A model generated the notes under the pieces. It had not been told where the DNA came from. It did no database searches and worked only from the letters and a program-made list of their open reading frames with translations. Below are positions 16,020 through 25,136 of a stretch of 52,703 nucleotides of DNA, one piece after another. The translations under genes were made by a program, and so were the position numbers. Within the stretch, counting starts at the first letter, position 1, and the number at the start of each line of letters is the position of its first letter. The stretch is taken from NCBI GenBank assembly GCA_964631675.1, contig CAZVXJ010000001.1, forward strand, positions 1 to 52,703. The letters run 5' to 3'. This DNA is from an uncultured Alphaproteobacteria bacterium (GTDB lineage Bacteria; Electryoneota; RPQS01).

Positions 16020-18875
16020 ATGGGTCGTGTCTGTTTGTTATTTCTCTTAGCCGGACAGCTATTTGCGGCGGGGGCGGACTCGCTGTGGACCCGCCGCTTC
16101 GGCGGGCCGAATCTGGACAATGCGCAAGGAGGCACACCGGATCAGAGCGGTGGATTTGTCCTGGTGGGTCAAACGCAGTTGGGCGGGAGTCAAAACGGCT
16201 ATCTCGTTCGCGTGAACGGTCTGACAGGCGACACGCTGTTCACGAAATTCTACGGTGGAGCGTCCGGCGATCAGTTTTCCGATGTGCATGTGACAGCGGC
16301 GCGCATGGTGGCGGTGGGAACGACCTCGTCGTTCGGCGCCAATCCGGGCAACGCGTGGCTCGTCTGCACGAATGCGATCGGAGACACACAGTGGACACGC
16401 ACGCTGGACTTTGGCGCCAGCGATGGCGCGCTGGCTGTGGATTACAGTACGGATTACTTTGTGACGGGCTTTGCCTTTGCGAGCGGTGATCCGAATATGT
16501 TTGTGGCCAAAGTGACGATGGGCGGAACGGTGCTGTGGACGCGCACGCTGGGCGGGGGGCAGCAGGATTTTGGCAACGATGTGGCGGCGCTGTCCGACGG
16601 CGGCTGCATTGTCGCGGGAGAGACGTATAATTTTGGGATCAATGCGCCGCCGTTTTCCAATCTGTGGATGGTGCGCTATGATATGAACGGCGATACACTA
16701 TGGACGAAAACGTATGGCGACTCCGGCTATTACGAGCGGGCCAATGAGATTATCGCGACGGCCGACGGCGGGTTTGCACTGGCCGGCTATCGCGATTCTT
16801 TTACGGGGGATCAGGATGTGTTGCTGCTGAAGACGGACGCGGGCGGAAATACGGAGTGGGCACGGCTGATTGGCGGGGGCGACGACGATATGGCTCTCGA
16901 TTTGGTCGAGTCGTGTGACGGCGGCTATCTGATCGGCGGCGCAACGCGTTCGTTCGGTGCAGGGGATAATGATTTTTATCTGATACGCACTGATTCCCTC
17001 GGCGACACATTGTGGACGGCGACGTACGGCGGAACGGCCAGTGATATCTGTTATGCAGTGTCGGCAAAGTGTATTCCCAATGTAGTTAATGAAGGCTATT
17101 TTGCCGCCGGTTCGACGCAATCCGGTTCATCCGGCACGATGGATGCGTGGCTGGTGAGGCTCGATGCAGAGCCGTGGATTGAGGTGACGCAGCCGTTGCC
17201 CTGTGCGGACTACGTGCTGGGATCGACCGTGACGGTCACGTGGAATTGGGAGGGCTTGGCTGCCTTTCCGTATGTGACAGTAGAACTGAATCGCGACTAT
17301 CCGACAGGCGGTTGGGAACTCATCGCGTCCAACCTTTTCAATAACGGCATTGCACAGTTTACCGCCTCCACACCGTCGTCCCGCCGCTGCCGCGTGCGAG
17401 TTACAAAATCACAAGGCGAACCGGCGGAGGGGCTGAGTGAACCGTTTCAAATTGTTCCGCCGGGCGCCTTGCAAATTCCTTCCGTGGATTGGGACAGCTT
17501 GTTTACGGGCGGCAGTGAGATTGACAATTTGATTTCGCTTGATGACGGTGGAACTGTCTATCCGTATGGCCGCTCAATTGCGAAGCGAGACTCGATTGGT
17601 GCGGTGTTATGGACCGCGTTCTTTCCATACAGCCCTCAGCACGATGTATCCTCGCGATCGGTTGTGGAACTCACGAACGGCGATTTGATTGCGGTGGGCA
17701 GTGTGGATTCCAGCGGAATCAATGACCCGAGTTCGATGGCGGTGATGATCTCCAGTTCCTCGGGAACTCCGCTCACAGGAGCGGGACTGCGCCCGCAGGG
17801 CTGGGCAGCCGAGGGAGTGGATGTCGCCGCGTTACCGAACAATTTCTATTGGCTGCTCGCCCTCGTGGTTCCGGAAACGGGAGGCCAGCCCCGCGCAGCG
17901 GTGGTTCGCGACAGCGGTTTTCCCTCGCAGAACTTAACCGTTTTGCTGGAGGCGCCATCGTTCCGGCCGACCTGTTGTGCCGCGTGCAACGGCGCATGCG
18001 AGAATGAAGGGGGGAGCAAGTTGTGCATTGCGGGCGAAATCGGCGATCCCTTTGCGTTGGCGCAAGACATCTATCTGGTGCTGATTGACAGCACGGCGGA
18101 TACGCTCTGGACAAAGCGGCTTGATTTCGGCCAGAACGAATATGCACGCGAAATCCGTCATCTGGAAAATGGCGGCTATGTTCTTGGCGGCAGATCGTTT
18201 ACCGGAGTTGGCGGGACGAGCGATTATCTGCTGGTCGTGCTGGATGAAGGCGGCAATGTGGTTCAGCAGTGGACGCATGATGTGCGCGCGTCGGATGAGT
18301 TGGGCGGTGTGATCGAGGATACGGACGGAGGATTCGTGATTGCGGGCCGTTCGGCGGATTCCGGTCAGCCGCAGGAGCAGCAGTTAATCAAGTTCGGCTG
18401 CGATGGTTCCTTGATCTGGCAAACGCACCGCGCGGGCGCAAACAGCCTCGGTTATCTTGATGTCGCCGTGACGCCGGATGGCGGCTATATTGCTGGCGGC
18501 TACAAGTTTGTTCCGGGGGGAGGCGGACTGGGGGTTGACCGGCCCAATCTGGTGAAGTATGGTTCGGAAACCTATCAGGCGCCCCCCACCTGTCCGCCTG
18601 CGGATAGCTTGGTGATCAAGTTCAATTTCCAACTGAATGCCAACGAGTTAACCTGGAAAGGCGAAGAGACCGGTTCTTACCTGATTTTTGCCAAGAACAA
18701 TTTCGATTCCACCCACGGCACGGGCAACGGCTGGTCGCAGATCGGCTGTGTCGAGCCGATTCCGCCCGCGCTTGCCTTATTTACATTCCTGGACACCGAT
18801 CTTACACCGCTCCGTAAATTTTATTATGTCGTACACAATTGTGACGGCGGTTGCGGCGGCAGCGGAGAAAACTAA
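16020..18875 (+). CDS. Secreted beta-propeller repeat protein (SBBP-like 'GDTLWT..YGG' repeats) with FN3-like C-terminal module
   Basis: 951 aa with AAAGGAGG upstream and a signal peptide. More than 10 repeats of '..GDTLWT+TYGG...D.......DGG....G.T.SFG.G..D..L.+.D..'. Confidence 0.9.
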   Translation: MGRVCLLFLLAGQLFAAGADSLWTRRFGGPNLDNAQGGTPDQSGGFVLVGQTQLGGSQNGYLVRVNGLTGDTLFTKFYGGASGDQFSDVHVTAARMVAVGTTSSFGANPGNAWLVCTNAIGDTQWTRTLDFGASDGALAVDYSTDYFVTGFAFASGDPNMFVAKVTMGGTVLWTRTLGGGQQDFGNDVAALSDGGCIVAGETYNFGINAPPFSNLWMVRYDMNGDTLWTKTYGDSGYYERANEIIATADGGFALAGYRDSFTGDQDVLLLKTDAGGNTEWARLIGGGDDDMALDLVESCDGGYLIGGATRSFGAGDNDFYLIRTDSLGDTLWTATYGGTASDICYAVSAKCIPNVVNEGYFAAGSTQSGSSGTMDAWLVRLDAEPWIEVTQPLPCADYVLGSTVTVTWNWEGLAAFPYVTVELNRDYPTGGWELIASNLFNNGIAQFTASTPSSRRCRVRVTKSQGEPAEGLSEPFQIVPPGALQIPSVDWDSLFTGGSEIDNLISLDDGGTVYPYGRSIAKRDSIGAVLWTAFFPYSPQHDVSSRSVVELTNGDLIAVGSVDSSGINDPSSMAVMISSSSGTPLTGAGLRPQGWAAEGVDVAALPNNFYWLLALVVPETGGQPRAAVVRDSGFPSQNLTVLLEAPSFRPTCCAACNGACENEGGSKLCIAGEIGDPFALAQDIYLVLIDSTADTLWTKRLDFGQNEYAREIRHLENGGYVLGGRSFTGVGGTSDYLLVVLDEGGNVVQQWTHDVRASDELGGVIEDTDGGFVIAGRSADSGQPQEQQLIKFGCDGSLIWQTHRAGANSLGYLDVAVTPDGGYIAGGYKFVPGGGGLGVDRPNLVKYGSETYQAPPTCPPADSLVIKFNFQLNANELTWKGEETGSYLIFAKNNFDSTHGTGNGWSQIGCVEPIPPALALFTFLDTDLTPLRKFYYVVHNCDGGCGGSGEN

Positions 18876-18895
18876 CAGCATACCCTTTCTATCCC

Positions 18896-20167
18896 ATGAT
18901 TCGTTTGCCCGCATTTCGCCTATCCCTTATTGTGTTGTTCTTTCTAACTTCGCAGATTTTTGCGCAGAAGCTGCTGATTCCGATGGACCTCTCGCAATCG
19001 GACCACCTCAAGGCCTATGGTGTGGCTTGGGGTGCGCTGAATCGCGGGCTGCGCGTGGAATGGCTGCTGAACTACCGCGGCGGAAGTTTTATGATGGATT
19101 TCACAGAAGAGATCGCGGGTGAATGCCGTTTACGCGGTGTGGGCGCGGAGACGGTGAACGATGCAGGCGGAATTTACTCGGAGATGGAACAGGCGAACAT
19201 GGAAGTCGTCGTGTTGGAAAAGCCGACGAAGATTGCGATTTACGCTCCACCCGAAGTTCAGGATGGGCCATGGGACGATGCGGTAAACCTCGTGCTCACC
19301 TACGCGGAGATTCCATTTGACCGCATCTATGATGAGGAAATCCTGAGCGGCAAACTCGGAAAGTATGATTGGGTGCACTTGCATCATGAAGATTTTACCG
19401 GACAGTACGGGAAATTTTATGCAATGTACCGCAACGCGGATTGGTATCAGCGTATGGTGCAGCAAGAAGAGAGCCGCGCGGCAACGTTAGGCTACGGGAA
19501 AGTTTCGCAGCTTAAGCTGGCGGTGGCAAGAACTTTACGCAGTTATGTGGGGCAGGGCGGATTCTTGTTCGCGATGTGCAGCGCGACGGACAGCTATGAT
19601 ATTGCGCTGGCCGCAGCAGAGACGGACATCTGCGCGCCGGTGTTCGACGGCGATGGATTGGATCCCGAGTATTCCGCAAAGCTGAACTATGACTACGCGT
19701 TTGCGTTTCATAATTACGCGCTGATGACTGACCCGAATATCTACGAATTCTCCACGATTGACGTCTCGCCGCGCACTGGCCGCATGTCCCGAGGCGACGA
19801 GGGCGATTATTTCACTCTGTTCGACTTCTCGGCGAAGTATGATCCGGTGCCATCGATGCTGACGCAGAATCATACCAGCGTAGTAAAAGGGTTCATGGGG
19901 CAGACTACGGCGTTTCACAAGCAGAATATCAAGCCGTCCACGACCATTCTTGCGCAGAATGAAGGCACGGATGAAGTTAAATATCTGTACGGAAATTTCG
20001 GCAAGGGCTTTTTCGCGTTTTACGGCGGCCATGATCCCGAGGATTACCGCCATCAGGTGGGCGATCCGCCGACGAATCTATCACTGCATAAGAATTCGCC
20101 CGGCTATCGGCTGATTTTGAATAATGTGTTGTTTCCTGCGGCAAGGAAGAAGGAATTGAAGACGTGA
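18896..20167 (+). CDS. Conserved secreted protein of the family often annotated 'asparagine synthetase B' in Bacteroidota (GATase1-like fold, by recollection)
   Basis: 'LIPMDLSQSDHLKAYGVAW', 'LLNYRGGSF', 'WDDAVNLVLTYAEIPF', 'YDWVHLHHEDFTGQYGKFY' and 'GGFLFAMCSATDSYDIAL' match that family as I remember it. The likely start is ATG 18896 (MIRLPAFRLSLIVLFFLTSQIFA-QK); the track start is 18851. Confidence 0.8.
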   Translation: MIRLPAFRLSLIVLFFLTSQIFAQKLLIPMDLSQSDHLKAYGVAWGALNRGLRVEWLLNYRGGSFMMDFTEEIAGECRLRGVGAETVNDAGGIYSEMEQANMEVVVLEKPTKIAIYAPPEVQDGPWDDAVNLVLTYAEIPFDRIYDEEILSGKLGKYDWVHLHHEDFTGQYGKFYAMYRNADWYQRMVQQEESRAATLGYGKVSQLKLAVARTLRSYVGQGGFLFAMCSATDSYDIALAAAETDICAPVFDGDGLDPEYSAKLNYDYAFAFHNYALMTDPNIYEFSTIDVSPRTGRMSRGDEGDYFTLFDFSAKYDPVPSMLTQNHTSVVKGFMGQTTAFHKQNIKPSTTILAQNEGTDEVKYLYGNFGKGFFAFYGGHDPEDYRHQVGDPPTNLSLHKNSPGYRLILNNVLFPAARKKELKT

Positions 20168-20583
20168 GTTGCGGCTGGATCATCGCTGTACTCTTCATAT
20201 GCGAGCTTTCCTTCGCGCAGACAGGAACAATTCGTGGCCGTGTCCTCGATGATGTGGATTCTAATGCGGTGTGGGGAGCGGAGGTACGATTGCTGCGAGC
20301 CGGTCATGTTGCCTCAATACAATCTGACAGCGGAGGTTTTGAGTTCAAAGATTTAAAGTTTGGGTTAGATACTTTGCGAGTCTTAGGACTGGGATACCAC
20401 CCCATAGTTTGTCCAATTGCAATCAAACAAGACACAGTTACGGTTGCAGATTTTATACTAAAGGTTGCGGAACTTGGTGCGCCCGATCCGGGATGGTGTG
20501 GTACTCCTATACATTATGTTCCTCCGCCAAATGACTATGTGCAAACCCACTCAAAGATTGACTATATTCCGAAAAAGCCCTGA
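20164..20583 (+). CDS. Carboxypeptidase-regulatory-like (CarboxypepD_reg) domain protein
   Basis: 'GTIRGRVLDDVDSNAVWGAEVRLL....SDSGGFEFKDL..G.DTLRV...GY' follows a signal-like N-terminus. The GTG start overlaps the upstream stop (GTGA). Confidence 0.65.
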   Translation: MSCGWIIAVLFICELSFAQTGTIRGRVLDDVDSNAVWGAEVRLLRAGHVASIQSDSGGFEFKDLKFGLDTLRVLGLGYHPIVCPIAIKQDTVTVADFILKVAELGAPDPGWCGTPIHYVPPPNDYVQTHSKIDYIPKKP

Positions 20584-20600
20584 CACGAAAGACGTTCAAA

Positions 20601-20885
20601 ATGTATATTCTTCAAATTGAGCATCCAGTTAAGAGTTACGACGGCTGGAAGAAGTTGTTTGACTCCGATCCGGCGGGGCGGCTGCAATCAGGCGTGCGCC
20701 AATACCGGATTCTGCGGAAGGCAGACGAACCGAATCTTGTGATTATTGATCTGGAGTTTGATTCTCGGGTCCAAGCCGAAGCTATGCTGGCCAAGCTACA
20801 GCCCATTTGGGGACGCATACAGGGGGACATCATCGAGAGCCCGCGCGGAAGGATTTTTGAGGTGGCGGAAAGCAAGGTATACTGA
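20601..20885 (+). CDS. Small cytoplasmic hypothetical protein (alpha+beta barrel-like)
   Basis: 94-aa ORF with protein-like composition, followed by the hairpin at 20894..20919. No family recognised. Confidence 0.6.
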   Translation: MYILQIEHPVKSYDGWKKLFDSDPAGRLQSGVRQYRILRKADEPNLVIIDLEFDSRVQAEAMLAKLQPIWGRIQGDIIESPRGRIFEVAESKVY

Positions 20886-20893
20886 CCGGCTAG

Positions 20894-20919
20894 TCTTCTT
20901 CTTTAGAAAAGGAAGAAGG
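20894..20919 (+). terminator. Pyrimidine/purine-word hairpin after 20601..20885 (terminator-like, no U tract)
   Basis: TCTTCTTCTTT-AGAA-AAGGAAGAAGG forms 11 bp including two G-U pairs, which are valid on the + strand RNA only. Confidence 0.45.
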
Positions 20920-21010
20920 AACTCAAGACGTAGGGCGCACTGCAGCATTCCGGGATAGCGCGATCTCAATGGTCTAAAGGAGATTTGATAAGCACGAAGT
21001 CATTGCAAGG

Positions 21011-22582
21011 ATGAGACTTCTCCCTAGACAGCTCATGTTATGCGCTTGCAGCCTGTTGATGTGCGGCAGTTTTGCCTCAGCACAGGAGGCAAAGCACATC
21101 ATTTTTATGATTGCGGATGGCTGGGGATTCAACGACATTCTGGCGACGAATTACTGGCACGGGGATACGGCACAGATTTACGAGACTTTTCCGGTGGCGC
21201 TCGCGATGAGCACCTATTCGCAGAGCACACTCGACGATGATCCGGCAGGATATGACGCGGCACAGGCGTGGAACAACTGGCTCTATATGCTGCTCAGACC
21301 GACAGACTCGGCCTCTGCGGCTACTGCGATGTCCACGGGCTACAAATGTTATGACGGGCAGATAAACATAGATCCGGAGAATGGACAGCCGCTTTACAGA
21401 TTCCAGGAGCTATTGGAGTCGCAAGGCAAGTCCACGGGAGTGGTAACCAGCGTCCCATGGAGCCATGCAACGCCGGCCTGTTTCGGCTCGCATAATGTCT
21501 CACGAGATAATTATGCACAAATAGCCCGGCAGATGCTCAACTCGAGTGGATTGGATGTCATCATGGGAGCGGGGCATCCATTCTATAATGACAACGGCAA
21601 TTATTCGCCGCCGTCCGGTGAAAACAGTTATCGGTACGTAGGCGGATCGGCGAAGTGGGACAGCCTCGTCAACGGACTGACGCCTTACAGCTTGATTCAG
21701 ACCCGGGCTGAGTTTCAGTCGCTGATGAGTGGTGCGACACCGGACAGGGTTTGCGGAGTGGCGCGCGTCAGAAATACGCTTCAGCAGGCGCGTACACCAA
21801 GTGAAGCCGGAAACAGCATGACGCCACCGTACACCGTGGCGCAATTGACGACGGTTCCAACGCTTGCGGAAATGACGAATGGCGCGCTGAACGTTCTGGA
21901 CAACAATCCGAGTGGTTTTTTTCTCATGATCGAGGGCGGCGCAGTGGACTGGGCCAGCCATGCGAATCAGGGCGGCAGAATGATCGAAGAGATGACGAGT
22001 TTTGCGGATGCAGTTCAGGCGGTGGTGGACTGGGTGGAGACAAACAGCAACTGGGACGAGACCATTTTGGTGGTGACCGGAGATCATGAAACGGGTTATC
22101 TGTGGGGACAGGGGTCGGGATCTCCTGCGAACTTCAATCCGATCGTGAACAACGGCGCGGGCCAGATGCCGGGCATGCGGTACTACACCGGAGGTCACAG
22201 CAACAGTTTGATTCCGCTGTTCGCAAAGGGTGTGGGCAGCGAGTGGTTTCATGTGTTTGCCGATCAGCTGGATTCGGTGCGTGGTCCATACTTGGACAAT
22301 ACGGAGATTCCGCGCGTGCTATTTGCCGAACCACGAGTGCCGCTGGATCTGACGATTCTCGCACAAGACTCCGGGTTATTGACGTTGACATGGCGGGCAG
22401 TAGAGGAGAGTATTTTCGGGCTGGCACTACCGTACGCACCGTACTACCATATTTTCCAACGGCCGCTTTCCAGTGATACCGAAGACACGCTGGTCGCTAC
22501 GGTTTCAGACACTTCTTTTGTCGGGCTGCAGGATACAAGCACCGGTCTTCTCTATACAGTAACCGCGCAAATTGAGCCGTAA
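21011..22582 (+). CDS. Secreted alkaline phosphatase (PhoA family) with FN3-like C-terminal module
   Basis: 'IIFMIADGWG' and the nucleophile motif 'TDSASAATAMSTG'. Also 'TSVPWSHATPA', 'MIEGGAVDWASH' and 'VVTGDHETG'. Signal peptide present. Confidence 0.9.
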   Translation: MRLLPRQLMLCACSLLMCGSFASAQEAKHIIFMIADGWGFNDILATNYWHGDTAQIYETFPVALAMSTYSQSTLDDDPAGYDAAQAWNNWLYMLLRPTDSASAATAMSTGYKCYDGQINIDPENGQPLYRFQELLESQGKSTGVVTSVPWSHATPACFGSHNVSRDNYAQIARQMLNSSGLDVIMGAGHPFYNDNGNYSPPSGENSYRYVGGSAKWDSLVNGLTPYSLIQTRAEFQSLMSGATPDRVCGVARVRNTLQQARTPSEAGNSMTPPYTVAQLTTVPTLAEMTNGALNVLDNNPSGFFLMIEGGAVDWASHANQGGRMIEEMTSFADAVQAVVDWVETNSNWDETILVVTGDHETGYLWGQGSGSPANFNPIVNNGAGQMPGMRYYTGGHSNSLIPLFAKGVGSEWFHVFADQLDSVRGPYLDNTEIPRVLFAEPRVPLDLTILAQDSGLLTLTWRAVEESIFGLALPYAPYYHIFQRPLSSDTEDTLVATVSDTSFVGLQDTSTGLLYTVTAQIEP

Positions 22583-22612
22583 AATGTAAGACGAAGCGTT
22601 GCTGACCAGCTA

Positions 22613-22641
22613 TTGACTTTCGGCCTGAATTTTGTTATAAT
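22613..22641 (+). promoter_or_regulatory. Consensus sigma-70-type promoter of the abrB-doc operon
   Basis: TTGACT (22613-22618), a 17-nt spacer, then TATAAT (22636-22641). The inverted repeat ATTGT-N5-ACAAT follows immediately and is a possible operator. Confidence 0.6.
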
Positions 22642-22678
22642 TATTGTATAACACAATTTAGTAAGATAAGGAATTACA

Positions 22679-22903
22679 ATGATTAACCTGACTGTTCGGA
22701 AGGTCGGAAATTCGTTGGGGGTGATTCTTCCCACGGAGGCAGCGGCCTTTCTGCATGTAAAGGAAGGGGATGTTCTTCATCTGACGGAATCCCCTGACGG
22801 GTACCGGATCACGCCGTATGACCCGGAGTTTGAGCGCGTGATGGAACTCGGCAAGGAGTTCATGGACGAGCATAAAAATGCTCTTCGCGAGTTAGGAAAG
22901 TGA
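22679..22903 (+). CDS. AbrB/MazE/SpoVT-family antitoxin (Phd-equivalent partner of Doc)
   Basis: 'TVRKVGNSLGVILPTEAAAFLHVKEGDVLHL' is the swapped-hairpin AbrB/SpoVT motif. It overlaps the doc start. Confidence 0.8.
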   Translation: MINLTVRKVGNSLGVILPTEAAAFLHVKEGDVLHLTESPDGYRITPYDPEFERVMELGKEFMDEHKNALRELGK

Positions 22904-23295
22904 TAGAGGAACCGCTTTGGCTGAACGAAAAGTCGGTTCTCGCGCTGTATGAGCAGTTGATCGAGCGATTCGGTGGCTCTCGGGGATTGCGCGATCGCGG
23001 TCTGATGTCATCGGCATTGGATAGCCCGAAGAATCACTTTCACTACGGGACCTCGGACATCTTTTTGCTTGCAGCACACTACGCGCAGGCATTTTCGAGA
23101 AATCATCCCTTCATAGACGGAAATAAACGCATTGCGCTAACTTGCGCCGGCGTATTCTTGAAATGGAATGGATGCAGAGTCAAACTTCCTGAAGATGAAG
23201 CCGTAAACATGACCGTAAAACTTGCGACGAAAGAAGTAACAGAACACGAATATGCCGATTGGTTGAGGAAAAACTCAAAACTCCGCGCGGGATAA
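22900..23295 (+). CDS. doc: Doc (death-on-curing) / Fic-family toxin
   Basis: Fic motif 'HPFIDGNKRIA' (HxFxDGNKR), 131 aa. The GTG start overlaps the antitoxin stop (GTGA). Confidence 0.85.
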   Translation: MIEEPLWLNEKSVLALYEQLIERFGGSRGLRDRGLMSSALDSPKNHFHYGTSDIFLLAAHYAQAFSRNHPFIDGNKRIALTCAGVFLKWNGCRVKLPEDEAVNMTVKLATKEVTEHEYADWLRKNSKLRAG

Positions 23296-23296
23296 A

Positions 23297-23596
23297 ATGC
23301 CTTACGAGCGCGTGATGGGTCTGCAAGTAGATGATGAGGAAACATACCGCAGGTATCGCGAGGCGATGACGCCGATTCTTGCACGATATGGCGGGAAGTT
23401 TCGCTATGATTTTTGGCTGGGCGAAACGCTGATTAGCGAAACGGACAAGCCGATGAATCGTGTATTCGTGATTCATCTTCCCGACCGCAAGTCCAATGAT
23501 GATTTTTTCGCTGATGCCGAATACCAAGCCGTGCGCAAACAGTTTTTCGATCCGTCAGTGAGCGCGGTGACGAGGATTGCAGAAATCGAGCTGTAG
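23297..23596 (+). CDS. DUF1330-domain protein
   Basis: 'YRRYREAMTPILARYGGKF....VFVIHLPDRKSNDDFFADAEYQAV' matches the DUF1330 pattern as I recall it. The ATG is 1 nt after the doc stop. Confidence 0.65.
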   Translation: MPYERVMGLQVDDEETYRRYREAMTPILARYGGKFRYDFWLGETLISETDKPMNRVFVIHLPDRKSNDDFFADAEYQAVRKQFFDPSVSAVTRIAEIEL

Positions 23597-23664
23597 TGTT
23601 GTAGTGAACTCCGAACTCCCTATCCCTTTGCAAGCAGGGGGAATAAACCCAGAAGGACCCGATC

Positions 23665-24147
23665 ATGACTAAAATCATTCTCATCATCACGCTCGCGCTA
23701 ATGACGGCTACGTTCGCAGCAGATAAAAAACAGCTGACGGCAAGCAATCTTCCAGCTGCGGTGAAGGCGGCCTTTGAAAAGAGCCATTCGAAAGCGGAGA
23801 TCACCGAAGTGGATACGGAAGTGGAGAATGGTGTGACTTATTGGGAGATCGGGAGCAAGGACGGGGCCACGGTGCAGGACCTGCTCTATGCAGCCGATGG
23901 AACCCTGATCGCGACCGAGACAGAAATTCCGGCGACGGATCTGCCGGCGGGCTTGACAATCCTGTTCACACGCGCCTATCCCTACGATCGCATTGAGAAG
24001 GCGGAGATCATCGTCAAAGGCGGTGTGTCGAGCTATGAACTGCGCTCCAGAACTCCCGACGACAAGCGACACGAGTTTCTGATCACGGCGGATGGAAAAA
24101 TTACGGAACTGGAAGAGGAGGATGACGGGGACGAGGATGATTGCTGA
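23665..24147 (+). CDS. PepSY-like (beta-lactamase-inhibitor-like) secreted protein with acidic tail
   Basis: Signal peptide, then two halves of 'LPAAVKAAFEKSHSKAEITEVDTEVENGVTYWEI' type. The C-terminus is 'EEEDDGDEDDC'. Confidence 0.65.
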   Translation: MTKIILIITLALMTATFAADKKQLTASNLPAAVKAAFEKSHSKAEITEVDTEVENGVTYWEIGSKDGATVQDLLYAADGTLIATETEIPATDLPAGLTILFTRAYPYDRIEKAEIIVKGGVSSYELRSRTPDDKRHEFLITADGKITELEEEDDGDEDDC

Positions 24148-24155
24148 AAGAAAAG

Positions 24156-24176
24156 CGGCGCACCGATGGTGCGCCG
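24156..24176. terminator. Bidirectional intrinsic terminator between convergent genes
   Basis: Perfect 9-bp stem CGGCGCACC-GAT-GGTGCGCCG. It is flanked by TGTTG on the + strand and by CTTTTCTTTC on the - strand transcript. Confidence 0.65.
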
Positions 24177-24203
24177 TGTTGCAGTTAGAAGGAAGGGCTA
24201 CTG

Positions 24204-24503
24204 TTAGTCGTAGAGCGGGTTGTAGCTCTGGCGAGCGGGAACAATGGAGAGCAACAGCACTATATCTGCATTAAATTGATAGTAGACCGCATAGCTAACG
24301 CCCTCGGCGGGTTCGAAACTGAATACCCAGATTCCGGGGGTGCGAGTGCGGTGGCCGGATTCGGGGTTGCGCGCCAAGGGCCAATAGACTGCGTTTTGAT
24401 AGATCCGGTCGGCATCGCGGTCGTCGAAAGAGATGCGTGATTTCTCAAGTAGGAACTGCTCGTGTTCCTGAATTATTCTAAGGCGAGGACTATCGGACGG
24501 CAT
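24204..24503 (-). CDS. ParE/RelE-like putative toxin paired with the Panacea-domain antitoxin
   Basis: 99 aa. An N-terminal helical part with '...LARNPESG' is followed by beta-strands 'GIWVFSF...SYAVYYQFNADIVLLLSIV', a layout resembling ParE/RelE. It overlaps the upstream gene by 14 nt. The assignment comes from pattern only. Confidence 0.45.
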   Translation of the reverse strand: MPSDSPRLRIIQEHEQFLLEKSRISFDDRDADRIYQNAVYWPLARNPESGHRTRTPGIWVFSFEPAEGVSYAVYYQFNADIVLLLSIVPARQSYNPLYD

Positions 24504-25035
24504 CCGGCAACTTCGGGGTCAACGAGTCTGCGTGTGCAAGTTCAAAGTCGGTCGGTTCGCGCCTTGAGATAAACACGGTCTCATACGGAATATCTTCGCC
24601 CATACTTGCGATTTCCCAGCCGATGAAACGGTGCGAGAATTCGGAGATATCGGTGGCGGATTTGTTACGCAACAAGGCGATCATCTCGTCCACGATCGCG
24701 ATCTCGTCTCCGGAAAATGAGGTCAAGATTGGATCGCGCAAGTGAATCAAGCGATCTTGACGGAGTCCGTTAAGCTCGGTGTGCTGAAGTGCAGCTGCTC
24801 CCTCGCGAATCATCTCGTCTCGGACTTCTGTGAACTTTGCTGGTGCCGGGCCGTGCTCCAGTTTGCGATAGCTATGGCCGGTAATGGATTGCCCAAGCGT
24901 CTTGAATGCCAGAAAATCTGAAAAGAAGAGAACCTTGTTCAGCTTGGTCGCTCCGTAGAACGGGTCATCGTACGAGCGCTTCGCCGCGTAAAGGATTAGT
25001 TCTTTGAGTTTTGAGTTTTTCGACAACTGACTCAT
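24490..25035 (-). CDS. Panacea (DUF4065, SocA-like) domain protein, putative PanA-type antitoxin
   Basis: 'KLNKVLFFSDFLAFKTLGQSITGHSYRKLEHGPAP' matches the DUF4065 core (KLqKLLYf.d......g.pl....f.aw.hGPv). AGGTGA lies upstream of the ATG. Confidence 0.7.
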   Translation of the reverse strand: MSQLSKNSKLKELILYAAKRSYDDPFYGATKLNKVLFFSDFLAFKTLGQSITGHSYRKLEHGPAPAKFTEVRDEMIREGAAALQHTELNGLRQDRLIHLRDPILTSFSGDEIAIVDEMIALLRNKSATDISEFSHRFIGWEIASMGEDIPYETVFISRREPTDFELAHADSLTPKLPDAVR

Positions 25036-25136
25036 GGTTCACCTTTCTGGCTTGACATTATGTTCAATATACGAAGGTGGGAGCGGATTGTCAAGAGGGG
25101 GGAGATGGTCTGAAAAAAAGTGGTAAACACGCAATC

